Positions 17,075-26,274 of a stretch of 64,000 nucleotides of DNA are shown here, in pieces (position 1 is the stretch's first letter; the number at the start of each line of letters is the position of its first letter). The DNA is from a virus, in IMG/VR virus record IMGVR_UViG_3300045988_176028. One strand, given 5' to 3'. The position numbers and the translations under genes were made by a program. The notes beneath the pieces are model-generated. The model made no database searches. It had not been told where the DNA came from and saw nothing but the letters and a program-made list of their open reading frames with translations.

Positions 17075-20000
17075 TTATTCGGCTTTATGGGCCGGTTTCT
17101 TCTTGTCCGGGTCGGATTCGGTTTCGGTCTCGGCATTGGATTGACCGTCGGAGGATTCTTCGGTCTGGCTTGCGGTCTTACGTTTGCCAAGCTTCTTGAC
17201 GGCCATGGCCAACAGTCCGCCGACTGCGGCGAGCACGATGATGACCAGTCCGATGATTCCGGTGTTCACGCCGGTCTGCGCGAGGTCGCTTACGCCAGCG
17301 GTTCCAGCGCCTCCGAACAGTTTCTTGGTGACGTGAACCTTGTAATCCTTGGACACGAGTCCATCTCCGGATGTGACGGTGAGTGTCGCATCGGCACCAT
17401 TCTTGTTGATGGTGATGCTCATTCCCGAATCCTTGTCGTATTGACCTACGACCGTCCACTTGTCGGGATTGTCCACAGCCACTTCGTAGGAGGTTTTGTT
17501 CGGGTCGAATCCGTTAATGAGCTTGCCGTCCACGGAGATGCCGGTGAGTTCCGCCTTGTGGGTGGCGGCGGTGATGTAGGTGACGGTGTAGTCATGTTGG
17601 GTGAACGTATTGCCGTCCGGAGAGAGCACGCTGACCGTATACGTGTAGGTCATGCCCTTGTGGGAACTGGACACTACGGCGCTTTGGCCAACCTTCGTCT
17701 CATAGGAGAAGGTGCCGCCTTCCGGAATGTCGAATTTGTCGGATGTGACGGGCACATACTTGCCGTCCTTGCCAACGTAACCGACGGATGCGAGACTCGT
17801 GTCAGTCTGAGAGTCTGGTGTCTTGACCGGAGACTGTTCCACCGGCTCCTTCGGCTGGAATTCGGTGACGGCGGTTTTGACAGGACGGGTTACGGTCACA
17901 CTGTAGGTGCGGCTTGCTCCCGTGGCGGTGTCGGTGACTGTCCATTCCTGTCGGTTGGATTGTGCGCTTTGGGTCACGTTTCCGGCTTTGACGGTTACTC
18001 CTGCCGGGGCTTCCGGTAGCAGGTAGGCGCTGGTGTTCGCGTCTTTCAATGCGACCACATAGTCGAGCCTGTTCGGATTCCAATTGTCGATGAGCGTGCC
18101 TTTTTCGGCTTTGCCGGTGAGATTCACGTAGATGCCGTTGAGTTTGGCGGGACTGTCCGGTTGGATGTCGGAGGTTTGGAAGTTGACTCGTACCGTGTAG
18201 TCCACGCCGTTCACGTTGACTGTGATGATTCGGCTGGTGCCGTCAACACTCAGTTTCGGACGGGATACTTCCGCGTCGAGACCATGTTCGGCGGAGAGGG
18301 AGAAGGAGTCCTTCGCGTCGGAGGCGGGAAGGTCAACGACTTTCTGATGGTTCTCATCAAAGTCCGTCTTATTGATTTCGTAACTCTTGGACTTGCCGTC
18401 GGAGGAAGTCTGGGTGAGCGTCATCTTCGTGAAGTTCTTATCCTCGGGACGAACGTCTCGGGTTCCCACCGTGTAGGCTTGTTCAATCTTGTTGCCGTGT
18501 CCGTCATCGACGGTCACGGTTCCCTCTGCTGTTCCGGAGAGCACGACGATATTATGCTCGTTGTCGGCACCCACCATGGTCTTGGGAGTGGATTCCCATT
18601 TGACGGTGGCTTTGTCCTTGTTGGACAGTGTGACCTCATGGTAGGAAGGACTGTTGTCCTTGTCGGACAGGCCCGTTGCGGAATATCCGGCGTGATAGGA
18701 ACCATCTTCGTACTTGCTGAAAGGAGTCCCCTTATCGGTGCCATTGTTCAACGTGATTTCCTCGCCAATCGAATATTCGAATGGTACGGTGATGTCGAAC
18801 TGCGGCAAGCCTTTATCCGGGTTCGCGTCGGCATGGTAGACGGCTGTGCCGGATACGATTGCTGTGCCGAGCTTATCGCCCGAAGTGATGTGTTGTTCCC
18901 TGAAGGTCGGTTCAATCGTAAACTTGGTGTTGTCGTCTTCGTTCAGTGAGCCGATGGTCACGGTGGTCGGACGGACGTTCACGGTCGGAGTGGTGAGGGA
19001 CTGGTTACCACCCGCGTTCGGAAGATTTATGAGCGGAATCTGCTTATCTCCAACCTGCGCGTACCAAGTGTTGGTACGTGAATAATCTCCCAAGTTGACG
19101 GTCATATGCCAGATTTTGGTTTGTTCGGTCTGAACGTCCGTGTACTCGTAGTTGCCTGTGGCGACGCCGGTTGCGGATGTCACGTGAGTGGCGTTGTCCA
19201 CGCTGACGTTCCATGCGATGTTCAGGCTTTTGCCGTTGGACAGTTTGACTGTCTTGACCTCATTGCCGTCCTTGTCAACGACCTTGCGGTCTTTGCTCAC
19301 ATGATAGGACTTGTTGGCGGGCACATTGGCTACGGCTTCCACGGTTCCGTCCGGGTTTTCTCCGGATACGGTGAACTGGGTGCCGTCGGCCAGAGTGATG
19401 TTCTCACCCGTGGAATATTTGAACTGGATGGAAACGTCGAACGCCGGATTGCCGTTCTTAGCGCCGACATGGTAGACGGCTGTGCCGGTCACGTCCACTT
19501 TGGCGAACGTGCCGTTGGCTGTGAGGCGTACGTCCTTCAGGTCGCCGTGGTTCAACGTGAACGTGTCGTCGGAGTCGTTCGTACGCACGGTGATACGTCC
19601 CGGAACCTTGTCGGACGGTTCGCTGGCCGTGTAGGATTGGTCGCCGGTTTCCGGATTGTTCGTGAACTGGAACGTCTTCCCTTCTACCTCACCGCTCCAA
19701 GTGTCGGTACGGGAGTAGGATTGGTTGACTTGAATCGTCCACTCGTATTCGGCTTTGGTTTCCGGGTCGATGGTCTTGTACTTCTGGTTGACGGTTCCCA
19801 CGACGGTGGTCACATGGGTTTTGGAGTCAGTGGTCTTAGACCATGTGATTGGCAGTTCTGTGCCGTCGGACAGTTTCAGGCTGGTGATTTCCCTGCCGTC
19901 CTTGCCGACGACCTTGCCCGCCTTGTTGACGGTGTAGTCCTTGTTCGCGTAGTCCAACACGGCGGTCCTGCCGTTCTGTCGGATGGTGAACGGGGTGCCG

Positions 20001-21091
20001 TCCTTCAAGGTGACTTCCTTGCCGTAATCCTTCGTATAGTTCACGGTCGCGGCGAATTCGGGGAGGATTCCTCCTGCTTCCTTGGAGTATCCGGCTGTGC
20101 CGGTCTCGTGAATCATGCCGAGTTTGCCCGCGCCGGTGGTGGCTCCCGGCGTGATGGTCGGATTGGTGAGGGTCACGTTGCTGCCGTTGCTGCCGGTAAC
20201 TTCCAGTCGTTGAGGAATGGTGTTGCCGGTCATGGACGCGAGCTGTTTTCCATCCTCGTCGGATGTGGTGAATGGGATGTCGTTGCCCTCATAGTTAGTT
20301 GACCAGCTGGCGGTGTTGGATGCGGTCACGCTCGTGTGCGTGTTCCAACCGTAGGCGTCGATTCGGGTTCCGCTGTCCCAGTTGAAGTCCATGATTTCGA
20401 CTCTGGCGGTCGCGGTTCCGGTTTTGGTGACGGTGTAGCCGTTCCTGTAATCGTATGTGGGTTTCGACCAGTCGATTGCGGCTGTGGTGCCGTCCGACAG
20501 GCGGACGGTGTTTTCGGACGGATTGCCGTCCTTGTCCAAGGTCACGCCGTTCAGTGTGGCGTTCGCGGTGTTGGTGTCGCCTTGCACGACGAACTTCGTC
20601 CCGTTCTTTAGGGTGACTTCCTTGCCGTAGGTTTCGTCCACGTTCACGGTCAGTGTGACCTTGCGGCTTACGGTGTCAGACTCATCGAATGTGCCATTGT
20701 AGGTGACGGTGCCGGTCAGATGGCTGACGCCGACTTTACTGTGGTCGATGTTGAGGGTCGGGGTTTCAGCAGACAATGCGATAGGCTTGTCCTCGCCGTC
20801 AAGCGTGGCGGTGGCGGCTTCCAACGGGTCGCCGTCGTACTTGTCGATGGTGGCCGTATAGTTGCCGTCGCCGTCCTTCTCGTAGGTGACGGTCTGCTTT
20901 CCGTAGGTGGTTTGGAGTTTACGGCTTGTCGTGGTGGTCTCGCCGCCGGAAGTGGATAGCGGGGTCGTCGTATTGGCGTCGTCAACGGCCAACGCCGTCA
21001 CAGCTCCCGTTCCCATGGAGCCGACGGCCATCACGGCAGCAAGACCCACGCCACCGATTTTCTTGGCGGCATTGTTCCAATTGTCACTCAT
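17075..21091 (-). CDS. Large cell-wall-anchored surface protein (1338 aa); LAQTG sorting signal
   Basis: N-terminal signal peptide (KKIGGVGLAAVMAVGSMGTGAVTALAVDD). Four about 170-aa modules sharing (K/E)(E/N)(V/I)TL.(N/D)GT.F. Two cadherin-like segments (L.GI.V.G..I.GF.P....Y.V). The C-terminus is LAQTGVNTGIIGLVIIVLAAVGGLLAMAVKKLGKRK plus a 33-aa acidic tail. Confidence 0.9.
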   Translation of the reverse strand: MSDNWNNAAKKIGGVGLAAVMAVGSMGTGAVTALAVDDANTTTPLSTSGGETTTTSRKLQTTYGKQTVTYEKDGDGNYTATIDKYDGDPLEAATATLDGEDKPIALSAETPTLNIDHSKVGVSHLTGTVTYNGTFDESDTVSRKVTLTVNVDETYGKEVTLKNGTKFVVQGDTNTANATLNGVTLDKDGNPSENTVRLSDGTTAAIDWSKPTYDYRNGYTVTKTGTATARVEIMDFNWDSGTRIDAYGWNTHTSVTASNTASWSTNYEGNDIPFTTSDEDGKQLASMTGNTIPQRLEVTGSNGSNVTLTNPTITPGATTGAGKLGMIHETGTAGYSKEAGGILPEFAATVNYTKDYGKEVTLKDGTPFTIRQNGRTAVLDYANKDYTVNKAGKVVGKDGREITSLKLSDGTELPITWSKTTDSKTHVTTVVGTVNQKYKTIDPETKAEYEWTIQVNQSYSRTDTWSGEVEGKTFQFTNNPETGDQSYTASEPSDKVPGRITVRTNDSDDTFTLNHGDLKDVRLTANGTFAKVDVTGTAVYHVGAKNGNPAFDVSIQFKYSTGENITLADGTQFTVSGENPDGTVEAVANVPANKSYHVSKDRKVVDKDGNEVKTVKLSNGKSLNIAWNVSVDNATHVTSATGVATGNYEYTDVQTEQTKIWHMTVNLGDYSRTNTWYAQVGDKQIPLINLPNAGGNQSLTTPTVNVRPTTVTIGSLNEDDNTKFTIEPTFREQHITSGDKLGTAIVSGTAVYHADANPDKGLPQFDITVPFEYSIGEEITLNNGTDKGTPFSKYEDGSYHAGYSATGLSDKDNSPSYHEVTLSNKDKATVKWESTPKTMVGADNEHNIVVLSGTAEGTVTVDDGHGNKIEQAYTVGTRDVRPEDKNFTKMTLTQTSSDGKSKSYEINKTDFDENHQKVVDLPASDAKDSFSLSAEHGLDAEVSRPKLSVDGTSRIITVNVNGVDYTVRVNFQTSDIQPDSPAKLNGIYVNLTGKAEKGTLIDNWNPNRLDYVVALKDANTSAYLLPEAPAGVTVKAGNVTQSAQSNRQEWTVTDTATGASRTYSVTVTRPVKTAVTEFQPKEPVEQSPVKTPDSQTDTSLASVGYVGKDGKYVPVTSDKFDIPEGGTFSYETKVGQSAVVSSSHKGMTYTYTVSVLSPDGNTFTQHDYTVTYITAATHKAELTGISVDGKLINGFDPNKTSYEVAVDNPDKWTVVGQYDKDSGMSITINKNGADATLTVTSGDGLVSKDYKVHVTKKLFGGAGTAGVSDLAQTGVNTGIIGLVIIVLAAVGGLLAMAVKKLGKRKTASQTEESSDGQSNAETETESDPDKKKPAHKAE
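18600..20610 (-). repeat. Four tandem about 170-aa modules in the 1338-aa surface protein
   Basis: Recurring KEVTLKNGTKF / KEVTLKDGTPF / ENITLADGTQF / EEITLNNGT plus (R/K)LSDGT...I.W blocks. Boundaries are approximate. Confidence 0.6.
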
Positions 21092-21206
21092 TCAATGTCC
21101 TATCCGAAATGTGAAACGTTTCCTTTGCGGATTTCGTCTACCACCTTAGCGGACATGTATGCCGTCAACCTCGTATAGGTGGGAAAATACCTTGAAAAAA
21201 ATTTCA

Positions 21207-21245
21207 GGGTGGACGGTATCCAGACTTTTGCCGGATTGTCCACCC
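21207..21245 (-). terminator. Hairpin terminator after the 481-aa gene
   Basis: 8-bp arms GGGTGGAC/GTCCACCC. On the minus strand it is followed by AAATTTTTTT. Confidence 0.5.
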
Positions 21246-21268
21246 CGAAAAAATCGTTTTGGGAAATG

Positions 21269-22714
21269 TCATGCCCTCTGGGGAAGGTTCGCTTTAAGCA
21301 GGGGTTCGGTGTCGGTGTGGTGTCCGCGCTTGTTGTACCAAGACACGACGCTCATGCCGCTGGCCTTGTCGCGTAGGGTGATGCCGTACTGTCCCTCATG
21401 CTTGCCGGTGCCGACATGCACGGCTTGGGCGGGTACCGGATTGTTCTGGTGCGAATAGTTGAACATGCTACGGAATCCGTCGGCGTCGTTCGCCTCGTAT
21501 CCGACACGGGAACCGTATCCGTCGTAAAGGGTGTTGGTATGCTCTCCGCGAACCGCGAAGGACACTTCCTTGTCCTGATGGCGCATTTCGATGCTGTCCT
21601 GTGGAATGTTCATGTTGCCGGTCTTACGGCGCATGAGCTTGGCGGCGCTTTCGCTGTCCACCGGATGATAGTAGTTGGATGCGGCTTTGTTTCGACGGTC
21701 TGCGACTTTCGACTTGTAGTCCGCGTACTCCTTGTCGCTGCTGAACTCGCCACGGGCCTTCTCGACCTCGGTGCCTTTGTTGTTCATTTCGATGGTTCCC
21801 CAAGAGGTCACATGGTCTCCACTGGTCTTATTGCGGTAGAACTCCTTGCGGAAGTGCAGGGCGTTCTGCGGATGGCCGTTCGCCTGTTTGCCGGTACCGG
21901 CGCTGATGGCGCATTGCACGTCGTCCAGTCCTTCGGCTTGCATGGCGCGGGTCATTCGGGTCAAATCGTCGCCCGGAACGATAGCCATTGGGGAGCCACC
22001 CTCATTATGCGGGCGGGGGGCACGTTTCAGAAGACCGGTCTTCGAGTCTCGCTTCAAGGCTGGTGCGACGTGCGTCTTGCCTTCCTTGTCCATGTAGACG
22101 AACACTTCTGCGGAACGCGCGTCGGCATTGTTCAGACCAAGCTTATTCTCGTAGTAGTGGCGGGCTTTGACCTCCGCCTCCGCGAAGTCCTTCGGGTCGA
22201 TGTGGTACACCTTCGCGTTCTCGCCTTCGAACGCGGCACGGTTGACCTGCTCGTTCGTTCGGGCGTTCAGGGTGTCGTACACCTTACCGTCCTTACGCCC
22301 CTCCAATTGTGCGGCACGACCGCCGAAACTGGTCTCGTCCAACGGCAGGTTCTCGCTGACCGGCTGGAACTTGTTTCCACGACACATGCTCAACGTGTGT
22401 TCCGGGGCCTCACGGTCATGGTTGATGACTCCGAAGCAGGTGTTGCCGGTGGACGCAATGGCGAGCTGTTCGCCGTCCTCGGTGCCGGTGATATGCACTC
22501 GTTCGTGAACCTCATGGTTTTTGAGCGTGCTGAAATTACGTCCGCTCGCGCCGACGTGCATCATCTCATAGCCGCTGGGCATTTGGGAGAGATTGTTCTT
22601 GTAGTACTTGCGCACGTTGCCGCGACGGTCAACGTACTCATGCCAGCCGACAGTCAAACCCCATTCAGTCCACTGTCCGATGGGGTTTCGCGGCTGTGCC
22701 GGATTGTAGGCCAT
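21269..22714 (-). CDS. Hypothetical protein (481 aa) with N-terminal YNPxQPRNPxGxW motif
   Basis: Long intact ORF. The N-terminus MAYNPAQPRNPIGQWTE resembles the N-termini of 49153-50376 and of the IS-split paralog. Confidence 0.7.
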   Translation of the reverse strand: MAYNPAQPRNPIGQWTEWGLTVGWHEYVDRRGNVRKYYKNNLSQMPSGYEMMHVGASGRNFSTLKNHEVHERVHITGTEDGEQLAIASTGNTCFGVINHDREAPEHTLSMCRGNKFQPVSENLPLDETSFGGRAAQLEGRKDGKVYDTLNARTNEQVNRAAFEGENAKVYHIDPKDFAEAEVKARHYYENKLGLNNADARSAEVFVYMDKEGKTHVAPALKRDSKTGLLKRAPRPHNEGGSPMAIVPGDDLTRMTRAMQAEGLDDVQCAISAGTGKQANGHPQNALHFRKEFYRNKTSGDHVTSWGTIEMNNKGTEVEKARGEFSSDKEYADYKSKVADRRNKAASNYYHPVDSESAAKLMRRKTGNMNIPQDSIEMRHQDKEVSFAVRGEHTNTLYDGYGSRVGYEANDADGFRSMFNYSHQNNPVPAQAVHVGTGKHEGQYGITLRDKASGMSVVSWYNKRGHHTDTEPLLKANLPQRA

Positions 22715-22762
22715 GTCTTGTCCTTCCTCGACCTGATTCCTCCCCGAACGGGAGGTTTTTCC

Positions 22763-22781
22763 AACATCAGATTCCAGTCTA
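22763..22781 (-). promoter_or_regulatory. Weak box relative (TAGACTGGAATCTGATGTT)
   Basis: Shares the TAnACTGGAAT core only. Lies 49 nt upstream of the ATG at 22714. Confidence 0.35.
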
Positions 22782-22818
22782 CAATCCTCAAGGTCTATAA
22801 AAGGCGAAAGAAGGTAAT

Positions 22819-23112
22819 CTACCGGTTTTTCTTACGCTTCGACTTCTTGGGAAAATGGTCGGAAACGTGGACGAACACGGTTTCAGCGAACACGCCCACA
22901 TCCTTGGTGAGAATCCTCAAACCCTTCCACAGCAATCGTCCCCACGTCTCCCCCAATATCCAGAAGCCTACTATCAGGCCGAAAAGGGACAGGATGGATT
23001 CACGAATGTCCAGTCTGCCATCTGCGGGAACGTCGAACGACATGTAGATGACGGTCGCAAACAGGATACTCGCCCCGAGCAGGGTCTTGCCCAATACGCT
23101 TTTCCAACTCAT
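22819..23112 (-). CDS. Small membrane protein (97 aa, 2 TM)
   Basis: Two hydrophobic helices and a basic C-terminal tail KKSKRKKNR. Overlaps the stop of 23109-24143 by 4 nt. Confidence 0.55.
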   Translation of the reverse strand: MSWKSVLGKTLLGASILFATVIYMSFDVPADGRLDIRESILSLFGLIVGFWILGETWGRLLWKGLRILTKDVGVFAETVFVHVSDHFPKKSKRKKNR

Positions 23113-24143
23113 TTCAACCTCCGGTCGTGTTCCTCCCAGCTCGCGTCCGCTGAATCCGCTATCGCTTCCAACATTTGGAACCCGTCCGGCACGGGGAACA
23201 CGAGCAGTCTGACCAAATGCCGTCCGCCATGGTTCAGATTCTTAGACCGGACGAACGCCACGCCCTTGCAATAGTTCGACGTGGTGCCATGCCATGCGCC
23301 GACGTTCGTTCCCGCTTTCAGAATCGCGTTCACGCTTTCTGCGGTATTGTCCGGGTCGGCCTGCGCCACGCCATACGGGTAGGCGATGCTGGCGATGACG
23401 ATGTACTTGCCGTACCCGCAGTAGGGTTGGCGTTTCCAACACTCCTCCGCGTAGGCGATGAGCTGTGAGCCGACCTTCTCACGCACGCCCAACGTGTTGC
23501 CCCTACCCCACGTGGTCGCCTTGCGTTGACCATGCTGGCGGGCTTTCAAATCCGAATCCGTGTAATTGCTGGTAATCCAGATTTTGTCCGGCACGCTGAA
23601 CTTCACCTCATAGCCGTCACACCATGCGGGACGCTCCCCCACGGGAATGTTCCTCCACATGCCGACCACGCTCGACGCCAATCCGCCCGTAATCTGATAC
23701 TGCGGGTTCTCGTCGGAAATCGGAATGATGAGAATGTCCAGCAGATAACAGCCGGAAGGCGCTTCGATGGGCGATTGCAGGTAGATGGTCGAATGCCGGT
23801 GCAGACTATCATCATCGTCCCACAGGCGCACGTCGGAACCGGCGTCGATTATCGGCTTCACGGTTTCGGCGGCTCGTGCTGGGAACACGTTCCCGCCGTG
23901 GGGTGCCGACACCGTGACCACGGCCAGAAACCGTTCCACCTTCCACGCCTGTTTCATCGTTTTCAGATTCCGCCACTTGTCTTTCGCATACCGACGGATT
24001 CTCGCACGCCGTAAGGCACGCGTCTTTTCGGTCTGCACGGTGTCGGTGCCGCTCCACCATTCGACGGGGATGGTGATGGTCAGACGGTATCCGCCGCGTT
24101 TAACCGCTACGGTTTGACGAACCATGACGCTCCTCCGAACCAT
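23109..24143 (-). CDS. Hypothetical protein (344 aa) with two degenerate RusA-like repeats
   Basis: AETVKPIIDAGSDVRLWDDDDS and DPDNTAESVNAILKAGTNVGAW each resemble the RusA core D.DN..K...DAL...G.W.DD. This is eye alignment only. Confidence 0.6.
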   Translation of the reverse strand: MVRRSVMVRQTVAVKRGGYRLTITIPVEWWSGTDTVQTEKTRALRRARIRRYAKDKWRNLKTMKQAWKVERFLAVVTVSAPHGGNVFPARAAETVKPIIDAGSDVRLWDDDDSLHRHSTIYLQSPIEAPSGCYLLDILIIPISDENPQYQITGGLASSVVGMWRNIPVGERPAWCDGYEVKFSVPDKIWITSNYTDSDLKARQHGQRKATTWGRGNTLGVREKVGSQLIAYAEECWKRQPYCGYGKYIVIASIAYPYGVAQADPDNTAESVNAILKAGTNVGAWHGTTSNYCKGVAFVRSKNLNHGGRHLVRLLVFPVPDGFQMLEAIADSADASWEEHDRRLK

Positions 24144-24292
24144 GACGATTCTCCGAACGGACGGTGGCTGCCGGACTCATGCACGCCCAGACAGTGCTGG
24201 CACATGGTCTCCCCGTCGTATGGGGTTTTCCTGACGCCGCAGCGGACGCAACGGCTGGTTCCCTTGTCGGTCGGATGCAGTGTGAATCTCAT
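24107..24292 (-). CDS. Small zinc-ribbon protein (61 aa)
   Basis: CVRCG...CQHC pairs. Overlaps neighbouring genes at both ends in an operon-like arrangement. Confidence 0.45.
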   Translation of the reverse strand: MRFTLHPTDKGTSRCVRCGVRKTPYDGETMCQHCLGVHESGSHRPFGESSWFGGASWFVKP

Positions 24293-24564
24293 TTTCGGCT
24301 CCCCATCTCCAATGCGCTGATATCGGCTTTTAGAAGGTCGATGATGTCCTTACGGGTATGGTTGGTCTCGATTTTGCCGGAAACCCCGTGAAGGGCCTTT
24401 AAAGCGACGATACGGTCATGTTCGGCAAGCCACTCATCGTAATCCTTTTCGTCTGCGGGAAGACCGGTCTGAACGTAGGCACCATCGCAATACCGGCCAC
24501 GAACGGTCTCATCATCAAGAGGCCGAACCGGCGAACCAGTCGGAAGCGCGATAGGCAAAAGCAT
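24289..24564 (-). CDS. Hypothetical protein (91 aa)
   Basis: First ORF after the box variant at 24588-24606. Confidence 0.55.
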   Translation of the reverse strand: MLLPIALPTGSPVRPLDDETVRGRYCDGAYVQTGLPADEKDYDEWLAEHDRIVALKALHGVSGKIETNHTRKDIIDLLKADISALEMGSRK

Positions 24565-24587
24565 GTTTTCTCTTTTCCGCTAGCCAA

Positions 24588-24606
24588 TGTGGACTAATCC
24601 AGTCTA
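24588..24606 (-). promoter_or_regulatory. Box promoter variant (TAGACTGGATTAGTCCACA)
   Basis: TAGACT-N5-AGTCCACA lies 37 nt upstream of the ATG at 24564. Confidence 0.5.
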
Positions 24607-24868
24607 ACGGAAACAACATTGGAAGAATCTGAAAAGCACGGAAATACGACGAAGAGAAAAAACAGCGAAACGGGAGGGGCGGGCTTTTTCTTCTTTAGGG
24701 AACCCGGGGTAAAGGATTCTCGCTTGTTAACGGTTCACACGGTTTCAGATTTTATCCGGTTTTCTTAAGCAATGAGAAAAGCCAGTGAGCGGTAATCTAA
24801 GTTAAGGATTAACCCGTCTCCATTCCCCGACATAGGGGGGTCACGTCTGTTGGCCTCTACCCAGCAAA

Positions 24869-24962
24869 AGCATTTTTCCTATATTTTTTGCTTTTTCAAA
24901 TTTTTTAAAATTTGAGCCCATATATATTATGTATTAGTTATGTATGTTATGTATATTTATGG
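24869..24962. other. AT-rich stretch, candidate DNA-unwinding element of oriV
   Basis: About 90 bp of almost pure A/T (ttttttgctttttcaaattttttaaaattt...tatatattatgtattagttatgtatgttatgtatatttat) immediately left of the iterons. Confidence 0.6.
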
Positions 24963-25008
24963 GGATGCCTGAAAGCCCTTGTGGCAGTAAGGCTGAGAGA
25001 CTGTTCTT

Positions 25009-25135
25009 ATATTCAAATTGTGAACTTTTCATATTCAAATTGTGAACTTTCATATCTAAATCATAAACTTTTATATTCAAATCATAAGTCAAAAATAGGC
25101 AAAAAATGTTTTTCCATACTCAAATTGTGAACAAT
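25009..25135 (+). repeat. Iteron array (four abutting 21-22 bp direct repeats plus one spaced copy)
   Basis: ATATTCAAATTGTGAACTTTT (25009), ATATTCAAATTGTGAACTTT (25031), ATATCTAAATCATAAACTTTT (25052), ATATTCAAATCATAAGTCAAA (25073), CATACTCAAATTGTGAACAAT (25115). Lies directly upstream of the repA-like gene. Confidence 0.8.
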
Positions 25136-25269
25136 AGGGTGCTGTAGACAGTGTTGTTGAAAACCTCATAAAATACAGCCCACAGCCTACAATAAAGAAA
25201 AAGAGAACCCCTCTGCAATAGGCAGAACAGGGGGGTTCGCTAAAAACCAGAGTAAAAGGAAGTGGTTTC

Positions 25270-26178
25270 ATGTCCAATGATACACCAGCCGTCAACAAAA
25301 AAGACATCAGCTATTCCCCTAGCCTCATGTCGCAGATTGCCATGTTCCCTCTCAAGAACCCCGGTGACGTCCGATTCGTGGAAAGGACGAACGGATGCGT
25401 GTCCGTGGCGGTAATGCAATCGATGTGGGGTTGGACATATGGGAAGATACCCCGCCTATTTCTGATTTATACTCGTTCTTTGGTGCAAACAGGCTCCGAC
25501 AAAGTGGATATGGAGCACCATATCGTCAAGATAGATAAGTCTTTCCACTTATTCTGTGAACAGGTTGGATTGGCGGCTGGAACCAGTGTCAAAGATGTCG
25601 AACAGTCTCTTCTTTGCTTATCCGGAACGACTTTCACGATTTCCCTAATCGGCAAAAGTCCTAATGGGAGACATTTCATAGAGGGGCGTAACCTACGTCT
25701 TGTGAGTCAATTCCATCTGCGTTTCAATAACTCCAAGTTCGACTATCCGGGTTTTAAAGATGATGGAGACCCGTCTTCTTATATCCAGTTCTCTGAGGAG
25801 ATGTGGAGTATGTTCACTGACAATCCGGTGCCGTTGAACAAGAGAATCACCTTCGAGCTTGGCAAGTCGGCTAGAGCATTGGATATCTACCAGTGGCTTG
25901 CCTATAGAGCTTATGGGTTGAAGAAGCCTTTGTTTGTTCCATGGCAGTCTCTCAAGGCTCAATTCGACATATCGGATACGCCCATGTATTCATTTAAACA
26001 AAAGTTCAGTAGAGCCTTAAACAAGGTATGTAAGGCTTGGCCTGAAATCAAAGTCATATGCGGGAAAAACGGGCTAACCTTATACCCCTGCAAGAGTTCT
26101 CTGGACTCCGAGGAACCAGTCCAAAAGACTCCCCAACCGGTGAAGCCAAGGCAGGTGGAACTAAACCCGTTTGCCTAA
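25270..26178 (+). CDS. repA: Plasmid replication initiator, RepA-like (RepA_C-type), copy 1
   Basis: SARALDIYQWLAYRAYGLKKPLFVPW... matches the (A)LDxYxWLxxR signature remembered for plasmid RepA_C initiators. Preceded by iterons and an AT-rich region. Confidence 0.75.
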   Translation: MSNDTPAVNKKDISYSPSLMSQIAMFPLKNPGDVRFVERTNGCVSVAVMQSMWGWTYGKIPRLFLIYTRSLVQTGSDKVDMEHHIVKIDKSFHLFCEQVGLAAGTSVKDVEQSLLCLSGTTFTISLIGKSPNGRHFIEGRNLRLVSQFHLRFNNSKFDYPGFKDDGDPSSYIQFSEEMWSMFTDNPVPLNKRITFELGKSARALDIYQWLAYRAYGLKKPLFVPWQSLKAQFDISDTPMYSFKQKFSRALNKVCKAWPEIKVICGKNGLTLYPCKSSLDSEEPVQKTPQPVKPRQVELNPFA

Positions 26179-26274
26179 TCCAGCCTTCTCAATGAGTAGA
26201 AACGTATTCTCCTGTTTTCTATCGTCGGGCTTACACGTGGCAAACCGTTAATTAGTTAAGAAAAGAGCGGTCAT

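Noticed and set aside
21398-23047. 549-aa + strand ORF opposite the 481-aa gene and the small membrane gene.
   Set aside because: It is antisense to a well-formed minus-strand ORF. Its composition is V/G/L/H/R-rich and it spans an intergenic region with a promoter-like element for the opposite strand. It is most likely spurious.
24600-24870. DnaA-box-like sequence (TTATCCGGT at about 24762) and a GTTCACAC match on the + strand (about 24735) in the 700-bp non-coding region.
   Set aside because: The DnaA-box match is only 6/9 to TTATCCACA. The GTTCACAC has no TATACT partner. A single weak hit cannot be distinguished from chance.
25009-25135. The direct repeats as a possible CRISPR array.
   Set aside because: The repeats are 21-22 bp and abut each other with no spacers. 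They are AT-rich and lie directly upstream of a RepA-like gene beside an AT-rich stretch. This fits iterons, not CRISPR. No cas genes are present.
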